This document shows positions 35,257-45,094 of a stretch of 64,000 nt of DNA, piece by piece. Numbering within the stretch: position 1 is the stretch's first letter; every line of letters begins with the position of its first letter. A model generated the notes under the pieces. It was not told where the DNA came from and did no database searches. It worked only from the letters and a program-made list of their open reading frames with translations. The position numbers were made by a program, and so were the translations under genes. The stretch spans positions 128,001-192,000 of the IMG/VR virus record IMGVR_UViG_3300045988_162176. The stretch is one strand, 5' to 3'. Source of the stretch: a virus.

Positions 35257-35481
35257 TCAATTCCAACCGTCATAGTAGTCATCATCTTCGTAATGCTTCT
35301 TTTTCTTTTTACGGTTTTCATATCTATTTCTATTTCGAGTCTTTTCGTAATCCTCTTCGAATTCAAAAATCTCTTCTTCTTTTTTCTTCTTCGCTATCTA
35401 TTTTTTCTTGACTGGCTTTCTCTCTTCAGATTCATCATCTCTGTACTAATCAAAAGCCTAATTTTTATTTTTCTTACCCAT
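35257..35481 (-). CDS. Small highly charged hypothetical protein
   Basis: Hand translation is MGKKNKN[TAG]AFD[TAG]YRDDESEERKPVKKK[TAG]IAKKKKEEE..YEDDDYYDGWN. ATG 35479-35481, TGA 35257-35259, in frame. Low-complexity composition lowers confidence. Confidence 0.3.
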
Positions 35482-35501
35482 AAATTCTCTCTTATTTTTA
35501 G

Positions 35502-36812
35502 TTAAACATAATAGAACTTGATATCACTAAGTCCTTTATCATAATCAAAAACAAAAGCAATGCATCCAGCATCAGCCATAGTATATCCACTCTTTGTAGT
35601 CCAATTATCCATCTTTGTCATGGCGGAAAGAGTGAAAACAGAAACACCATAATTTTCTCTTAAAGCCCAATCATTATGATGCAAATGACCACAAAGCCAA
35701 TAATGATAAGAAGTCTGTCCCCAATCTTCCTTAGCTTCAGTCTGCATTAGACCATTAATGCGGTCTTTTTCATCACTACCATGAGTCAAACCCAAAAGTG
35801 TCTTGCCAACTCTAATATACTTTCTTGGGAACGGACTTGCATCAACCTTAACTTCTTCTACATTTCTATAATATGCTTCAATTATCTGCATTAACGCAAG
35901 TTCTTCAAATCTAGAGTGATTACCTGAAACAAATACAACCTCTACCTGTGCAACCCTACTAAGCATATCTATAACTTCAATCAAAGCTTCTATGCCTTTT
36001 TTGAAGATAGTATTAAAAGTTCCTTCGTTATCCTGCATGTGAGATTGACTTGTTGTGTAACCAGTAAAACTACTGTTAAGATAATCGTTACCAACCATAT
36101 AAATAATCTTTCCCACATTATTCCAATGTATAGAATCTATCATCTTCTTAGTGGTAGAAAGCATATTCTGTCTTGCAATTTCCATATTATACTCAACTCC
36201 TGTTTCATAGGGCTGAGAAATTCTACCAAAATGTACATCAAGATGACTGAAGAAAACTACATTGGGCTTGTTACTAATATCTCCTCTAATATGTTCTGTC
36301 TTACGAGGAGATTTAAAACCTTCAAAATATTTTCTTAGCTCTTCTAAATCTAAGCCACAATCGGTAGGCTTTACAGTAATACGAGAAGAATAAAGATTCT
36401 TCAAACCACCTTTGCCATCACCTTGTTGCCAAATACTATTTTTAGCATTAAGCAATTCAAACTGAACTGGATTATACCCGTGTGCTTTTAAAAGAGCTGT
36501 TTTATCCGTAAGCTCATCTTCTGACAAAGCTACGAATTTTTCACTTGTTCTCACACCGTTACTATCTAAAGTAGTAGTATTCTTAGTAGGAATGTTTTTA
36601 TTAACAGGTTCGTTAACCCATCCTGAAGCATTAAATTCAGAATAAAGCAACGCACCTCTACGAATTGTATCAATAGTCAAAGAAGGCAAACCATATTTTT
36701 TACGAATATCGTTTGCATTACTCCAAGTTGCGTCACCATTTGAAATATCCATCATTAATTGACGCATTTCACGAAGATAACCTTCGGGTACTTTATCTGT
36801 AACTAAAGCCAT
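35502..36812 (-). CDS. Calcineurin-like metallophosphoesterase domain protein
   Basis: 436-aa track ORF with the motif series LDVHFG, GNDYLN, GNHSRFEE and GHLHHND. AAGGAG SD, no TAG. Confidence 0.55.
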   Translation of the reverse strand: MALVTDKVPEGYLREMRQLMMDISNGDATWSNANDIRKKYGLPSLTIDTIRRGALLYSEFNASGWVNEPVNKNIPTKNTTTLDSNGVRTSEKFVALSEDELTDKTALLKAHGYNPVQFELLNAKNSIWQQGDGKGGLKNLYSSRITVKPTDCGLDLEELRKYFEGFKSPRKTEHIRGDISNKPNVVFFSHLDVHFGRISQPYETGVEYNMEIARQNMLSTTKKMIDSIHWNNVGKIIYMVGNDYLNSSFTGYTTSQSHMQDNEGTFNTIFKKGIEALIEVIDMLSRVAQVEVVFVSGNHSRFEELALMQIIEAYYRNVEEVKVDASPFPRKYIRVGKTLLGLTHGSDEKDRINGLMQTEAKEDWGQTSYHYWLCGHLHHNDWALRENYGVSVFTLSAMTKMDNWTTKSGYTMADAGCIAFVFDYDKGLSDIKFYYV

Positions 36813-36823
36813 TTTAAATCTCC

Positions 36824-37480
36824 TTAATTAAGAATCTGTGAAATGTCATCAACAATATGGTCAACCAAAGAATACTGCAACTATTGAGCGTCATCCAAAT
36901 ACCAATCAGTCTTAAGCTTCTTAGTTAAGGTAGACTTAGAAATAGTAGTGTTTTCTATAATATTATTATGAACTCTGGAAATCAAATTTTTATATTGTTG
37001 ATTTTGCTGCTGAACTGCATTAAAATCACCCCGTTGCATAGCACTGCCAGAATGCAGGAGTGCCGTAGAGTTCTTTAAACAATATCTATGACCTTTATGA
37101 CCATTAATAAGAATCATGGCACCGCAACTCATTGCACAAGCAAGATTAACCGTAACAATAGGAGTCTTAGAAAGTTTCATAACAGACAAAAAGCCCATCG
37201 CTGAATACAAATCTCCTCCGTAACTATGCACGTATATAAATATCTTCTTACGGTCTTCAACAGGAATATCTTTATCAGCATCTTCTTTGTTCCAGCGAAT
37301 AATTTGCTGCATTTCTTGAAACAAAGTTTCGTCGATGTCCTTGGTTATCCACAGTTCCCTATTTTTAAGTGACCTATATTTCTAAACTAAAATAGGGTCT
37401 GGAAGTTGTAAATTAGCTTCTGGACCAAGTTCTTCTAAACAAAACAAATCATCTAAAGTATCATTCTTAATTTTATCCAT
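36824..37480 (-). CDS. ClpP-like serine protease
   Basis: Track ORF 36881..37324 extends upstream through a TAG (37382-37384) to ATG 37478-37480. It also extends downstream through its terminal TAG to TAA 36824-36826. Motifs include VHSYGGDLYSAMG and LACAMSCGAMIL. The extension ..DDAQ[TAG]LQYSLVDHIVDD restores the ClpP-type C-terminal helix. Confidence 0.65.
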
Positions 37481-37559
37481 TTTAATACCTTTTAATCCTT
37501 TTATTTTATTAAAAAATATATTTGAAAGAACAGTAATTGTTAAACAAACAAGATTTTAA

Positions 37560-37995
37560 CAAAAGGTTAATTACTCCCTGTCCTGTTCTTCTTTGTTGCA
37601 TAAAACGCTAAAACTAAACTCTAACGTCTTAAGGAACTCCTTGTACACATGGTACATGAGATATGTGGCTCAGACCCGCTTTACGGACCCGTAAATTTGG
37701 TCTTCTTTAAGTCCTCATCCTATGCTCATGGACACCACATTAAAAAGCTACAAGACTATGCCTCGTAGCTGGCCTAAATATACAACATGGTATATAAGGT
37801 GATAAGGTTTATGCCGACACCTTAAAACGCCTTTCTCTTCCATTTGAAACCACGCATGAAAGTATGTTGGTTGGACAGTTTTAATTGCTACCCTGTGGAA
37901 ACCTGACAACCCTAATAAGCCTCCATTGCATCACTGGATGGTAGCCCAATATACAACTTCTCTGGCAACCCTGACCTCTTGTATCAATAGGTTTA
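37560..37995 (-). ncRNA. Candidate structured non-coding RNA(s), unclassified
   Basis: About 430 nt without ORFs between the MBL and ClpP-like genes, clearly GC-richer than its flanks. Minus-strand helices include GCUACC..GGUAGC, AAGGUG..CACCUU, AUAUAC..GUAUAU, UUUACGG..CCGUAAA, CAUGAG..CUCAUG and AGCUAC..GUAGCU followed by UUUUU. Coordinates are approximate. Confidence 0.45.
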
Positions 37996-37997
37996 TT

Positions 37998-38021
37998 TAA
38001 AAAGCTTTGTAAAGCTTTTTA
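37998..38021 (-). terminator. Hairpin terminator after the MBL gene
   Basis: Palindrome AAAAAGCTTT..AAAGCTTTTT lies immediately downstream of the 38035 stop. Coordinates +/- 2 nt. Confidence 0.5.
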
Positions 38022-38034
38022 TACAATTATTTAA

Positions 38035-39483
38035 TTACAATAAAATTTCTGTCGATTTGTTGGCTACAACAACCTTATCCGTCCTATTTCTTTTACTAAT
38101 AAGCTCCGACAAAGTTTTACTCAGTTCAACTCTGTCTTTCATATTACCATGCTGAAGAACAACTTTACCATAACCGCTAGTTCCAAACCCCCCACTGTAA
38201 TAATCGCAAAGTTCATCTCTTTGCATATGACTTGAAAAACTATTTAAATTAATTACTCTACAACGACTTGGAATTTGTTTACTATTAATAGCTACAGTCT
38301 TAGTCTTCTTTTGTTTAATCTTCCAAGCTAAAGAACCTTCAACAGAATAGCCAATAAACGCAATACCATTCTTGGCACTTGGAAGAAGTTTTTCAGCAAT
38401 ACCCACGGAAAAACCAGCATTTAACATTCCTGCGGAACTGATAAATATCACTGGGTCGGACTTTGCTAAAATTTCTTCTATTTCTTCATAATTACTAATA
38501 AATTTAACCTTGTCCCATGAAGAAGCTTCAATCCATCTCTTAAGTTGCTCGCCCTCTAAAATTTCATTAAAAATTTTATTAATTTTACAAGTTAAAGGAG
38601 AACCAACATAAACAGGAATATTAAAATTCTCATCATCTTTAAACATTTCGTAAAGAATAGTTAAAATTACTTGACTCCTCATTAAAGAGAAAGAAGGGAA
38701 AAGCAACTTTCCTTTTCCATCAATGCAAACATCATACACAAAAGCTTTAATCTTTTCTAAATCTTTTTCTCTATCTTTTGCTTTAGCACTTTTTTCTTTG
38801 CTGGCATAAGTAGATTCACCCACTAACAAATTTGCGTTTTGAATAGGTTCAAACTTATTTGCATAATAAGTTTCAGTTCTAATATTACCTAAATCACCAG
38901 TAAACGCTATTTTACGAGTAACGCTACCATTTTTGATATATAGAATCAATTGAGCAGCGCCGATAATATGTCCAGAAGGAATAAACTCAAATGTTACCTC
39001 ATCGTCTAATTTAATTCTTTGCTTAAAAGGATATTCTTCAATATGAGCAAGCATATCTTTTACATCAGACTCTTCATAAATTGGGGAATATTCCCTTTTA
39101 AGTTTTCGAGACAAATCTTCAACATCTCTTAACATAATCTTAGCACTATCTAATTGCAATTCTCGAATTAAATCTTTATTGCCATCAGGCACAATAATTT
39201 TTCCATCAAATCCTCTTTTGGTTAAAAGGCTTAAACGACCTGAATGGTCAACGTGCGAATGAGTCACAAATACATAATCTACATTCTTCTCTTTGAATGT
39301 AAATCTTGCACTATTAGCCTGATATTCTTTCAAAAGACTTTGATTACCTTGTACCAATCCACAATCGACAAGAATTGTTCGTTCTGGCTTTCCCCATGTA
39401 ATAACTGTACAAGAACCTGTTACATCTTCTGCTGCACCAGAATTTTTAAAACTTACTCTAATCTTGTCTTTGCTTTTACTCAT
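38035..39483 (-). CDS. Metallo-beta-lactamase / beta-CASP family nuclease (RNase J / CPSF-like)
   Basis: 482-aa track ORF with HSHVDHSG (the HxHxDH motif), later GDLGN and SSHMQRDEL-type motifs. No TAG. It is the first gene after tandem promoters. Confidence 0.65.
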   Translation of the reverse strand: MSKSKDKIRVSFKNSGAAEDVTGSCTVITWGKPERTILVDCGLVQGNQSLLKEYQANSARFTFKEKNVDYVFVTHSHVDHSGRLSLLTKRGFDGKIIVPDGNKDLIRELQLDSAKIMLRDVEDLSRKLKREYSPIYEESDVKDMLAHIEEYPFKQRIKLDDEVTFEFIPSGHIIGAAQLILYIKNGSVTRKIAFTGDLGNIRTETYYANKFEPIQNANLLVGESTYASKEKSAKAKDREKDLEKIKAFVYDVCIDGKGKLLFPSFSLMRSQVILTILYEMFKDDENFNIPVYVGSPLTCKINKIFNEILEGEQLKRWIEASSWDKVKFISNYEEIEEILAKSDPVIFISSAGMLNAGFSVGIAEKLLPSAKNGIAFIGYSVEGSLAWKIKQKKTKTVAINSKQIPSRCRVINLNSFSSHMQRDELCDYYSGGFGTSGYGKVVLQHGNMKDRVELSKTLSELISKRNRTDKVVVANKSTEILL

Positions 39484-39515
39484 ACTTTACCCCCTACGTT
39501 ATTATAGGAACTTAT

Positions 39516-39544
39516 ATTATATTTCTATAATACAAATAATACAA
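39516..39544 (-). promoter_or_regulatory. Sigma-A-type promoter (proximal)
   Basis: The minus strand reads TTGTAT, a 17-nt spacer, then TATAAT, about 30 nt upstream of the MBL start codon. Confidence 0.45.
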
Positions 39545-39601
39545 TTTTTTTAATTGTAGATTTTTGCCTTGATATATTTATAACATTATTATTTATATAC
39601 A

Positions 39602-39630
39602 TATAATAACAAATATTAATGTTTCTGTCA
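39602..39630 (-). promoter_or_regulatory. Sigma-A-type promoter (distal)
   Basis: The minus strand reads TTGACA, a 17-nt spacer, then TATTAT, within a ~270-bp AT-rich intergenic region. Confidence 0.5.
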
Positions 39631-39760
39631 AGGACTTTGAGAAAAATCTTTGTCAAATAAAATCTTCATCAAAAAGATGCTTTTCAAAATCCTTGATTTT
39701 ACTGGGGAAAATGCGCCTGTTTTACCAAATAAAAGTATCATTTTATTCTCTTTCGCGTCT

Positions 39761-39789
39761 AAAAAGAGGATGGGATTAACCCCATCCTC
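39761..39789 (-). terminator. Rho-independent terminator after the tail-proximal small gene
   Basis: The GAGGATGGG / CCCATCCTC stem is followed on the minus strand by TTTTT. Confidence 0.65.
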
Positions 39790-39806
39790 AGTTTATTTGT
39801 CATTAC

Positions 39807-40175
39807 TTACTTCTGTAAATCTTTGTACCAAGAAGGTAATTCAAATTCAACAGTCTCACCAATAGAATATTTTCCAAAATCTCTCATTGTAAGACCGTTG
39901 CCATTTTCAAGAATTACCCAAGCAGAAGTCTTCCACTTACTATGTACAACGCCTCTTGCCCAGCCTTCCTTTAATTTAGACTCTTCAACAACAGGCTTAA
40001 CTTCTTCCTATTCAGTGACACTTTCTAACTCCTGTTTAACAGGTTCAACAATTCCTTCTTTTACAATTTCCTTGTTGTTCTTGTTTTTGTCATACTTTTT
40101 ATATTGAATTTGCTTCTCCTTATTTTCTTTCTTAGGAGAAACTTCAATATCAAAAGCGCTGTTCATTTCATCCAT
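39807..40175 (-). CDS. Hypothetical protein (122 aa)
   Basis: Not in the track because one TAG splits it. ATG 40173-40175 follows a GAGGAG SD. Translation is MDEMNSAFDIEVSPKKENKEK..SVTE[TAG]EEVKPVVEESKLKEGWARGVVHSKW... TAA 39807-39809. Length is divisible by 3. Confidence 0.5.
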
Positions 40176-40358
40176 TTCTTAATCTCCTCTCACAGCTCGT
40201 CATGGCAGGAGAATTTTCCCATGCACACTTCTAATGACAATATTTTTGATAAGGACAGAGCCGATGAGGTTCTTTCCCATCGACTCTGCACATTATTCTT
40301 CCACCATTTTCTTGCTGTGCATTACTGCAAAGCATTTATTCTATTCTCCCAGCTTAAA

Positions 40359-41386
40359 TTACCGAGCAAGAGTAATGGTCATCTTATCAGTAAGGTTCTC
40401 ATTCAGATTAAAAGTAACAGTTACATCACCAGCAGCCTTAACAGTAAGAACACCATTAGCATAATCAGCAGCGGCACCCGCAGCAACTTCATACTGGTCA
40501 GCATTCAGCTTAATAGGAGCGCCATCAACAGGGCAAGCATAAACATTAAGTTCAATCTTATCACCAACTTTAGCAGTTTGATTCTTATCCTCGATAACAA
40601 TGCTAGCAAACATATCGGCAGCCGTTTTATTTTCGAGAACCTGAACGATTTCAGCGTAAATACCGTCACCATCACAGCCAGCACAACCAGAAGCAAGAGC
40701 AGAACCTTCGATAGCAGTATTAGAAACACCTGAAGCACTCATACTAAGTTCCTGAGAACCGTTAAGCATGAAACGAGGAACCTTGATGATAACCTTACCA
40801 GCGAGGGTAGAGGTCTCAACATCACAAGAACCACCATTGTAAAGGTTGGCTTCAAGAATGCAAGTCAAAGTCTTGGGAATGAAGTTAGCACTAATGGTAA
40901 TCTTAGAAGCGAGGTCATTGTGATACATGTAACGAACACAAACTTCGACATTCTTCATGGCTTCGCCAAGAGACACTTCATTTACACCATCACCAGCAAC
41001 AGCATAACGCTGATAACCTTCGTCAGTGCCAGACTTCTTAACATAAGCATAAACATTAGTATTACCAACCATAGGAACAGCCTTGTAAGATAAAGTAACC
41101 TTACCAGTAGCATCAGCAGTCAGCTTCTCATCCTTCATAGCATCGCCACCAAGTTCAACATCAGAACCAGTGTTCATAGCGAGATACTCAAGAGAGAACA
41201 TAGCATCGGTCAGCTTAAGGTCGAAAGTAGAAGTATGCGCATAACGACCATAAAGCTTATTCCGAAGGCCCGCACGGAGGTCTTCAAACGAAATCCGAAT
41301 AGTAATACTGGAATCAATCAAGGTATTTGCAGTAGCAACAAGGCGCTCGCCATCGAAAAGAGTGGCGCGGCCTACACCAGCTAAAA
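40359..41386 (-). CDS. Major tail protein candidate with C-terminal Ig-like (Big_2-like) domain, exon 2
   Basis: Track ORF 40359..41321 extends in frame to the inferred 3' splice site (..LAGVGRATLFDGERLVATANTL..). Codon usage is C/G-ending like the capsid gene, and there is no TAG. The C-terminal ..YEVAAGAAADYANGVLTVKAAGDVTVTF is Ig-like. Confidence 0.5.
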
Positions 41387-41750
41387 CATTTTAATTTAAA
41401 ATAAGACGCTACTCTTATTTTGCTTTCGCCTTATATTTTCATATAAGATTAGACCATATCATTACCTTTTATTAAAAGGCAGTCTCCACTTCTACCACCA
41501 ATCACTTGTGGTATACTTCCTTTCGGAATGGTCGTTGAACTTTTCTTTATTCAAGACTTAGCGGCTGATTACCCATTATTCAATACTTAGGATTTAACCA
41601 TATATCATCTGTTTATTTCTTTTTACTTTCATAGCATTCACAATTAGGCATATTTCATCCTTTTGTTGTAGCATAAACAGCTTTAGGGAATTCCAGCAAT
41701 TCAAAGACTATTTTTACATACACATCACTGTATACGGTTACTCTTTAGCC
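41387..41750 (-). ncRNA. Group I intron (ORF-less) in the major tail gene
   Basis: About 364 nt. Elements are P GAATTGCTGGAA, Q GTAATCAGCCGC, R GTTCAACGACCATTCC and S AATGATATGGTCT. Its P7 (GACCAU/AUGGUC) covaries relative to the TMP and capsid introns. A terminal hairpin AATAAGA..TCTTATT is followed by ..AAAAUG. Boundaries +/- a few nt. Confidence 0.65.
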
Positions 41751-41781
41751 AAGCAAATGCGGACTCGGCATCCGATAACAT
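41751..41781 (-). CDS. Major tail protein candidate, exon 1 (about 10 codons)
   Basis: ATG 41779-41781 lies 8 nt after GGAGGA. The peptide MLSDAESAFA.. then runs into the intron. The exact 5' splice position is inferred from the U-before-intron rule and frame restoration. Confidence 0.4.
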
Positions 41782-41851
41782 AATATATATCCTCCTTATT
41801 TATTTTAATCATTTTTTCCTGATTTAAATCAGTTGGAGAAATTAATCCCCA

Positions 41852-42859
41852 TTATGTAACAGAAGCGAATTTCTTTTGGAAATCATTCATCGTCATAATT
41901 TCCTTAGACATATCCTTCTTGTTATCAGTAAATATCCAATGGTGAATGTCTCCATCCTTGAACTAAACTAGCCGAGACATAGCACCCTAAATCTAAGCGT
42001 AATAATACCCCTTGGCATCAATGGTTTTTAGCATTAAAGAAAGTTTTCTCAAACTTACTTGTTCTTTTAACATCTCCATGGTGTATGGAGAACTAATGGA
42101 TATACAAACAAGCTATTTTTCCAAACTTGGAGATGTGTAATTCTTGTTCTGCATCCTCGCCTTTAATTCCATCTCTTCTCTTAAATTGGGGTCAATATAC
42201 TTATCTCCATCATAATCTAAAATGTTTTGATGAGTAATAATAGCTATAAATTCATCAAGTTCTTTTGGTTCTAAAACTATATCGTATATATATAATTTTT
42301 TCATGCCATTAGCACCCGTTTGAATTCCATAGATATCTCTCATTTTGCTTTTACATTCTGGACATATAGCATAATTATTAATAAACTCAAGAGCTTTAAC
42401 TTTCTTTTCAGTTTCGCTTAAATTATCAGGTAATGTTTCTTGGAATTTAGCATATTCTTTGATAACTTCAAACTAAGTTCGTTTGAATCCACAATGAGGA
42501 CAAAACAAACCATTTTTTTCATGGAGCACAAGTTCGAACATATTAATTACCTAAGAAGTAACCATAGGTCCATATTCTTGGTTTTCCATATTCTATATTA
42601 AATATGCCATATAAGACATGCCAATACCTTCAGGATTAGCCACTTTTTTAGTGGTTTCTATCCCATTTTCATCTACCACTTTTATTTCTTTAATATTTTT
42701 ATCTTGAGTAAAACAAGATAAATTGGCATAAAAGTTGTAGTAATCTTTCGTTAAAACTGGATAAATTAACAAGCCTTTAAATGGCACTGGTAAATCCAGA
42801 CCAAAATAAGCTTGCTCATACATCTCCATTTTTGCTTGTAACTCTTTAGAAATTGCCAA
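41852..42859 (-). CDS. Hypothetical virion-module protein with CPHCG..CPECK zinc ribbon
   Basis: Track ORFs 42593..42859 and 42113..42343 are in the same frame, joined by about 7 TAGs. TAA stop at 41852-41854. It sits immediately upstream of the major tail gene. Confidence 0.45.
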
Positions 42860-43516
42860 TTAAGACACCCCACTCATATAGCATCCTAACACAACTTTAA
42901 TTCCCTCAAAATTTCTATTATTCCAAATTCCATATTGAGCTTGTTGGAATCTGCTCATCATTGTTGAAAACTCTAAATTGCCGACACCCTGTACATGAGC
43001 GCCATTAAGCAAAAACAAAACCGCTTTCACTAAAGTAGAAACACGACTCTTACCAGTAATGGGAATTTCAACTCCATCAACTATATCAACAGGATAAACT
43101 TTATCATCATCACTTGGATTGATATTAACACATTTATTATGAGTAATTATATCAATACCAAAATTAACAACGGCTTTATATCTATCTGTAGGAATAATTT
43201 GGTCAATATAAATCTTTAATAACGTACTTTCAACTGTCCAAGCATCTTCGAAATGAGGACTTCTAAAAATACGTTTATCGGTCTAAGTTATATCATCAGC
43301 ACATATCAAAGAAGTAATCTATTGATATGTAGGCAATTCTCTATTAAGAGCATCTGCATCATTATAATATAAAAGTTTCCAAATAATATGAGTTTGTTCT
43401 AATTCTTCAGGAGTTTTTTTATTAGGAGACAATAAATAATAAATTATTCTATCTTCCACTCCATCTAAATTTACAAAACGGTTAAATGCAGACGGTGCAT
43501 AACTACTATCTAACAT
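42860..43516 (-). CDS. Neck / tail-completion candidate
   Basis: Track ORF 43319..43519 ends in TAG and the frame continues through two TAGs to TAA 42860-42862. The ATG overlaps the upstream TGA. Confidence 0.4.
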
Positions 43517-44739
43517 CAATAAAAACCTCCCAGCTTAAAACTAAAAGTCTCACTAATAGTAACCCCTGCAATATCAGGGTCGGCACAAATAGCAGTTACG
43601 TCTAATGTACCTCTATTGCAAGCTTTCAAATTTTTAATCCTAAAGGTGTTATCACCAGTTTGTTTAAATTCATAATATTTAGACCAATTTTCTTCTTTTA
43701 TACCATTTAAAACAACTTTATACTCGAAGTGAGTGGGAAGTGTACCACCTTTGAAACTTAATTCAGTTTCACATTCTTTGCTATTGCCAAGAATTATTTT
43801 ATAATCGTCACAATCTTTAAGAGTAATATGATACTCCTCATCGTGAAGGTCTTCCTTTTTTGGAATAAGATATAAAGGAGCATTATTAGCGACACGTGTT
43901 ACAGCATCGTCATTAGCGCTCCATAAATCTTTATCCAACGCCAAGACCACGAAAGGTATATCTTCTAATCCAGTAAAACCACTTTTTGCAAAAGTTTTGG
44001 TGGATGTACTCTTTATAACAGCTTTAACTTTATATATAGCATTATTTTCAATGTCGTTCTAATCTGTGCCACCGAGAATAACTCGGCTATTAATTTTAAC
44101 AGCATTTGAAAAATAATTTAATTGCATCGTGACATACCACTCAGCTTGAGGTATTACCAAAGTTTTGTTATAATACTGGTTCATATATTTCAATTCGTTT
44201 TCCAGTACAATAGGCTCATACCTTATTTCAGTGGCATCTGTTTGACTGTTTGTTGAAGACCCAAGTAATGCAATATTAGCATTACATCTACGAATTACAC
44301 AAGAATTCCGTGGATTTATAGGAGAATTATTTATAGCAATCCAAACACTCGTATTATAATGTTTTTCTTCCTCTGTCATAACGCTTAAATCCTGAAATTC
44401 CAAAGAAAAACGATATCTTTTTCCAAGAGGATTTGAATATTTCAAATCTCTAAAAGAAATTTCTGCCCAATCTGTACCTAAATCTTCACCACGTTCACCC
44501 TTAACACTTCTTATAACAACCGTTTCAAGAGGCGTATATTCAGGCATTTTAGTTGTGTATTCAATTTGTCGGTCTTTTTCTTCTTCTATGTCAACAGTAT
44601 TATATCTATATTCCCAATCCTAATTGCGTTTATATTGCAGATTTTGAATATAATAATTATCTCCAACCATATTATGTTTCAAACGAGCTTTGAGCATGAT
44701 ACTGCTATCAACGATATCAGTAGTATTTAAAATCGCCAT
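43516..44739 (-). CDS. Virion structural protein (~407 aa)
   Basis: ATG 44737-44739. Track ORFs 44059..44547 and 43516..43950 are in the same frame. Two in-frame TAGs, one at 44059-44061. TGA stop. Confidence 0.45.
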
Positions 44740-44756
44740 TTTAATCCATAATCTCC

Positions 44757-45092
44757 TTAGCCTTCATTTTTGTATTTCTTTAATAAATACTCTGCATAAT
44801 TGATTGATTCAAATATTAATTTCTTAATCTGTCCTTTATCTAATTGATTCGTTAAAATAGCATTGATATTAATTATAATGCTTACTAATTCACCATCAAA
44901 AAGAATATTACTTGACGAAACATACATCATTATTCCACCACAATACACACGGTAATTATAAGTGGAATCGGGTTCTTGAGATTTGTCATATACATAAAGA
45001 ACTTTCTTCAATTTTGAAATTATTTCTTCTAAGCATATAATTTTCTCGTTAATAGATAAAACTACTTTGAAGTTCTTTGCTTCTTTATCCAT
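44757..45092 (-). CDS. Hypothetical protein (111 aa)
   Basis: Track ORF, tightly packed in the head-tail joining region. TAA stop, no TAG. Confidence 0.4.
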   Translation of the reverse strand: MDKEAKNFKVVLSINEKIICLEEIISKLKKVLYVYDKSQEPDSTYNYRVYCGGIMMYVSSSNILFDGELVSIIININAILTNQLDKGQIKKLIFESINYAEYLLKKYKNEG

Positions 45093-45094
45093 CT

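Noticed and set aside
37605-37630. Plus-strand CTCTAAC that could be an anticodon loop with CUA (a suppressor tRNA candidate)
   Set aside because: The flanking 5-nt segments (CTAAA and GTCTT) cannot pair, and no cloverleaf is possible. I found no tRNA in the window, so any suppressor must be encoded elsewhere.
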